A DNA stretch of 64,000 bases from positions 134,510 through 198,509 of the forward strand of contig RQSC01000518.1 of the NCBI GenBank assembly GCA_013416795.1, given 5' to 3'. Below the pieces are notes generated by a model. That model worked only from the letters and a program-made list of their open reading frames with translations. It was not told where the DNA came from and did not search any database. Shown piece after piece: positions 25,801 through 31,800 of this stretch (position 1 is its first letter; each line of letters opens with the position of its first letter). Origin of the DNA: Prasinococcaceae sp. CCMP 1430 (taxonomy: Eukaryota; Plantae; Prasinodermophyta). The translations under genes were made by a program, and so were the position numbers.

Positions 25801-28800
25801 TGGTGTCGATTTTGGTGAAAGCAGTCTCACCTTTATCTATATCGCTGGAGGCATCGCGGAGAGCGTTGTGCCGAGCGTCGGCCTGGCCTCCGGCGGCGGC
25901 GTGGTGACCGTGGTGGGCTCTTCGCTCTCCGAGGGCACGTGCTCCTTCGGCGGCACGGTGGTGCCCGGCGTGAGCGCCGGCGAGGGCTCGCTGTCGTGCG
26001 TGGCCCCGTCGGGCGTGGCCGGCTTCGTGGCCGTGCGCGTGGGCGCCGGCGCGGGCTCGTCTGTGGGTTCGGGCGCGTACTACCAGTACGTGTCGTCTCC
26101 GTCGGTGGGCGGCGTGTCTCCGTCCGCGGGCGCTGGCGGCACGGTGGCTCGCGTGTCCGGCCTGGACATGGTCGGCGCCGGTCCGTGGTGCCGCTTCGGC
26201 GAGTCTGCCTCGGCGGTGAGCGCGTTGTCGGTGTCGAGCTCGCTGGCTCTGTGCGAGGCGCCCGCTGGCGAGGCGGGCGAGCTGAGCGTGGCGCTGGGCG
26301 TGGTGGGCCCCGAGGACGGCTTCGTGGTGGGCGGCGGTGCCTTTCTGCGGCTGCCGGCGCTTTATGCTATCGGAGCCACTCCAAATAGGATCCGTGGGGA
26401 GCGTGGAGCTGTCATATCTGTTACAATGACGGCCGCAATCGGAGATCTTGTAGGAAGCGCACCTGTTGTGTGTGGAATTGGATCTATATCGGTTGCTGGT
26501 ATCTGGGCGTCGACTGAAAATATTGCATGCCCCGCGCCGGCAAAGTCAGCAGGGCTCGAATCAGTATGCACTGGGATGAGTGCTATGGACTGCGTCCATG
26601 CCGGTCTGAGGCTTGCGTACGTTACATCCGGCGACATTCTTGGCGTCTATCCAGAGGCAGGTGATGCGGAGACAGTATTTGCTATTGGAATCATTGGAGA
26701 GGATGTCACGCCAGATCTTGTGTGTATGTTTGGCTCGGAACCGTCCCCTTCAGTTCAGTCTCATTCGCTTCCTGGGTCAGTCGCCTGCAGACTGCCTTTG
26801 CACTCGACAGGCTTCGTGTCGGTGACACTTGCTGATGGAGCACGCATACTACCGACGAAAGCAACCTTCTTATTTTTGGACAAGCCATTGCTGGCCTCCA
26901 CTGTGCCCTCAACAATCTTTGGGCCGCGCGTTGGAGTGGTACATGCTGATGGCGTTCATCTTCCGGCTGTTGGAAGTGATGGGATGCTTTGCAGCTTCCA
27001 AGGTGGCGTGAGTCGTGCACACGCGCTGTCGACTGCACTGATCGTGTGCGTGGTGGAGGACGCAACCCCGACGGTGGCAGATCCTCTCAGCGTCGGGGCC
27101 AGCCCATATGGTTCAGTTGCTCGGACAGGTGCTGGTGGCGTCGACTTGATCGTCATCACTGAGCCGCTCGTAGCAGTTGTAGAACCATCGACTGGTCCCG
27201 CCGCTGGCGGCACAATGCTGACGGTGTTTGGTGGGAGCTTCGATGCTGATGCCGCATGGGCAGTGCGTGTCGGCACTACGGCTCCAATAGCTGCGGTACG
27301 CCTCGCAAGCACAGCGGTTGAGATCGTGGTGCCATCACACGAAATCGGCGATGTCAACGTGCACGTACTTGGCAACGGACGTGACGCAGCTAGCGACAGA
27401 GCGATGTATCAATTCCAAACCCCTGCGGTGCTGAATGCGCCTGTGCCTGCTATTGGTGTCGAGAGCGGTGGAACACCAGTGTTTGCCATTGGTGCAAACT
27501 TCGTGAATTCGACAGCCTTACGCTGTCGCTTCGGTGAAGAGGCTGTGCCCGCAACATTCCTGTCTTCGACGGCATTGTTGTGCATGACACCGCCGCAAGA
27601 GCGTGGCATCGTTTTCTTTGAGGTTTCCAATAATGGCGTAGACTTCACCTCGACGCAATCGCTCTATCAGATCGTGACGTGCCCACCTGGATACTACTGT
27701 CCGGCTGGAGACATGCTTGAATGCCCTCCGGGCACCTTCTGCGCTGGGGGGGGAAGCTTCAATTTTACCTTGTGCCCTCCCGGCACATACCAGTCCGAGG
27801 CGGGATCTGCAGCGTGCTTGCCTTCGCCAATCGGCTACATTTCGCCTGATTTCGGCATGGCGGTGCCACGGCCTTGCCCGCGAGGCGCCGTGTGTGATGT
27901 CACTGGCCTTGCGGTCGGTGACAAGCCGTGTCCGCCAGGGCACTATTGCTTAGAGGGTACACGCACGTCGAACTTCACAGACTTTGCAGAAACGCGAAGG
28001 CCGTTGCCGTGTCCATTTGGCTTCTACTGTGGTGCAGGTGTCACAACAGATGTACCGATCCTGAACAACTTCACGACCCCCCAGCCCTGCTTTGGCGGGT
28101 ATCTCTGTGAGCCAGGCTCGTCGACGCCTCAGGGCAGTGGGCCATGCCCAAGTGGTCACTACTGCCCGCCTGGTCAAGTCGTGCCATGTCCACCTCGCAC
28201 ATATTGCCCGAACGTTGGCAATGTTGAACCGAAGCCATGCGAGCCAGGTCAGTACAACCAGGAATACGGTCAAGCAAATTGCAAGCTCTGCCCGCGTGGT
28301 ACGATCTGTCCCGGCTTCGCGCGGCTCTTACCGGAGAAGTGCCCCGCTGGGTCGGTGTGCGACGTGGATGGCTTGCCGATTCCAAACAAGCGCTGCCCTG
28401 CGGGCCACTTCTGCCTGGGCAACACGGTCACGCGTGACCCGCTCGCCCAGCTGGACGAGAGCTCACTGCAGCGTTCAAGCCCTATCGAGCTCGTCGCCTC
28501 CAACTTCCGCCCGCGCCCTTGCCTGCCTGCAACGTACTGCATGGAGGGTGTCGCCACCAACATTACCAATAAGGGCGTCATCACAGCTCCGCAGCCGTGC
28601 AAGGAAGGCTCGTTGTGCGAATGGGGCACAGGCGACACGACTACAGCACCAGATCGCAGCCTCTTCGGGCCAGACGATGTTTACTCAAACCCTATCACAT
28701 CGTGCCCGCCTGGAACATTCTGCCCCGAAGGCACGTACATTCCCGTCCCAGCGCCGCGTGGCTCGTTCGCGCGTGGCGTGGGCAACGCCGCGGCGGTGTA

Positions 28801-31800
28801 CTGCCTGCCCGGCACTTACACGCACTATGAGGGGTTCGCTTCGTGTCTTCAGTGCCCAAGCGGTTACGAGTGCGTGAACGATGGCACGTTCATACCAGAA
28901 ATCTGTGACAGTGGTGAGTATCGCTCGCAGGCTGATTCAGTGACATGCAGGCAGTGCCCGCTCGGCACGTGGAATCCTTTCAAGGGCATGACTGCGCGCG
29001 TGTACTGCATTCCGTGCAATCCTGGCACTGTGTGTGGTATCGAGGGCATGTCCAACAATAAGCCTTTCGGCGACAATCGTGAGCAGAAGATCAATGATCA
29101 CACCTTGGTGGAGCTTCAGCCGCTGGGGCAGGCGACGCTCTGTCCAGAGGGTTACGTGTGTGACGCCGGCACTAGCGTGGCGACTGTCAAATGCCCTGAC
29201 AAGTTCTACTGCGGCTATGGCACGACCCCGGAGACGCAGTTTAACAACCCGTGCCCTGAGGGCTACTACTGCCCTGAGGGCACTTCAGAGAGTGGCCGAT
29301 TCCAGTTCTCCTGCCTTCCTTGCTTCTACTGCCCTGAGGGTACAGGCTTGATTCTGCCACGCTGCCCGACGGGCACGAAGTCTGAGTCGAAGTCAACCAG
29401 CCTGATGGACTGCGAGGCCGATGGTATTACTTTCTGGCGAGTGCAACCCCTTCTCGACGAGCTCATGTTATTCACGCAGATGAATCTCACTGAATACCAG
29501 GAAATGCTGGACGCCGAAGAAGCCGAGCTCGCGCTGCCTGATGGCGATGGCGCACTCCTGGGCGGTAGCTCCGATGCGCCTAGGCTCGACGATGGACAGA
29601 GCACTTTGAACCTCGAATCGCGCAGGCGACTCATGTCAAACGAAAGTGATGCACCTCGCGACATCGACATTGATGAGGAGTTTGGCCATTGTGTTGGCCA
29701 AGACTTCCACATGCTCGAGCCAGAAGTGGTCGTGCGCCCTGACGGCTCTGGGCCGTCCGTGGATGAGATGGGCAACAACATGACGTGGTATAAGCTGCCG
29801 CGCTACTACATGGCGAAGCTCTCCTTCGACTTTCGCAACCTCACCGACGATCTCGTATACGGTGAGCACTTTGGCATTTACGTCTTTGTCGGTGACCGTT
29901 CCACCAAGGTTGACTGTGACACCGCTGAGCTCAGAGAGGTGCCTTGCAAGCCGTATATCCCAGATCCTAATGGCCTTGTGGTCGGAAGAGACGATGAGAC
30001 TCGCCGCTTTGAGCAGAAATGTCCCGCTTCCACGGACGCCGAGGAATTGCCCTTCTGGCTGGAGCAGGTGGTGGACGGCGAGTTCGTCTCAAAACGTGGC
30101 ATCGTTGAGATCAACATCATGTCTAATGGTGACATCAATGTACCTAACACTGGCTACGTCAAGTTCCGCGTGGAGGTCCGGATGTTGCATGGTCAATACC
30201 AGCACTACAAGACGCAGATTTCAAATACGCTCTGCATTGACGTCCTGCGGCCGAAGCGCGTGAGCCCGGTGGTCGACCATGCCTTCCAAGTCATCATGCC
30301 GCGCGTCGATGGTCTCATGCTTCCACTCAATGCCCCGCAGCGTGATCCTTTGCATCGTGACGTCGGCCGCCAGTACTTCACGTGCAATGAGGCGCTCGGC
30401 GCGATTGGGCTTAGCGCGGGCTGCAGGCGGAAGGACCCGTCGATCACCATGTCATTTAATGTGACGCCGACGGCCCTCAGCTTGGGCTATGAGTACGTCA
30501 ACGAGGACGAAAATGTGCTCAGCTTGCGGCGCATGCTCTCGTCGGGTGCCGGTGGCATGGCGTCGCCCGGCGTGGTGCCACCGATACCCACTGTCTCGTC
30601 CGGTCTCGTCGCGGCGCGGAGGCAGCTTGTTGAGGCTATTGGCTCCATCGGTGTCTTCAGCACCTCCACCAGCGAAGGCAAGGGCGACTACGGCGCCTCC
30701 GCGACGAGGCGGCGCCTATCGGAAGCTGCGGCGCCTGGCGCGGGCATCCCCATACCCTCGAAGGCTGACTTGGACGGTGTGGTCAACACCGTGCCGGACC
30801 TGCGTGAGGAGGAGGAAAGGGTGCTCGAGGATCCTTCCCTTTACTGGACCGGAACCGGCGACATCATCGCTATGAAGTACCTGCCTTACTTTTCGAACTG
30901 CCGCGGCACGGACTCGAACATCTTCCTTTATCAGCTGCTCGAGACCAACCCCAGTTGCTCGCTTGTGAGTCAGAACGAGACCATCTTCATCGACCAGTGG
31001 GACCCACAGGTTTTCGAGCCGGAAGCTGACTCGTGCGACATCGAATTCACGTGTTTCTACGAGGAGTACTACAAAGAGCAGGCGGCCGTGTTGCGATGGT
31101 TCGAAGTGGAGGCGGAGGTGCTCTTCTACCTGACGCCGGATGGCACCAGCCCTGACGAGCAGTTTGTGGCAGACATCCAGGCTTCTGAAACGACATCTCC
31201 GCAGCTTGCCCCGGGTGCCCTTCAGGGCAAGATCGCCACGCAGCAGCTGATTCCAGTAGAGTTCGCAGCCAGTGAAGTGGGCGAAGGCATTGTGCCGACC
31301 GAAGTCTCCCTGGCCATCGATTATTACCAGATGACGCCGCAGGCGAAGCGCCTCATCACAGCTGGCGTCGAAATGGGCGAATATGTGAATGCCAAGAAGC
31401 ATGACAGTGGCGACTACAAGCTCACAGTCAGTTACAGCCCATTGAACTTCTTCAACCTGCTCAACTCCTTCGCCTTCGACTATGCCTTCTACGTGATTCT
31501 ATTCCTTGGCATTGGCACGTTTGCTGTGCTCATCGTGCTCATGTTCTTTATCTTCAACCGCCTCTTCACCCGCTTGCGGGACCCGCCGCCGTTCCGCTTC
31601 TTCCCGTACCTGCGCATCGCGGCATCGGGCCCGTTCGTGGGCGTCGGCCTGGCGCTGGTGCCCTTCATGGCTGGCTGTCTGGCCGTGCAATTTTTCGTGC
31701 AGGGCGTGCAGATCTTTAGCTTCGTGCCGCAAGACATTGACGACCCCACAGATGACCCGGTGCTACTCGAAGTGCGCGACAATGGCCGCATGGCGGTAGG

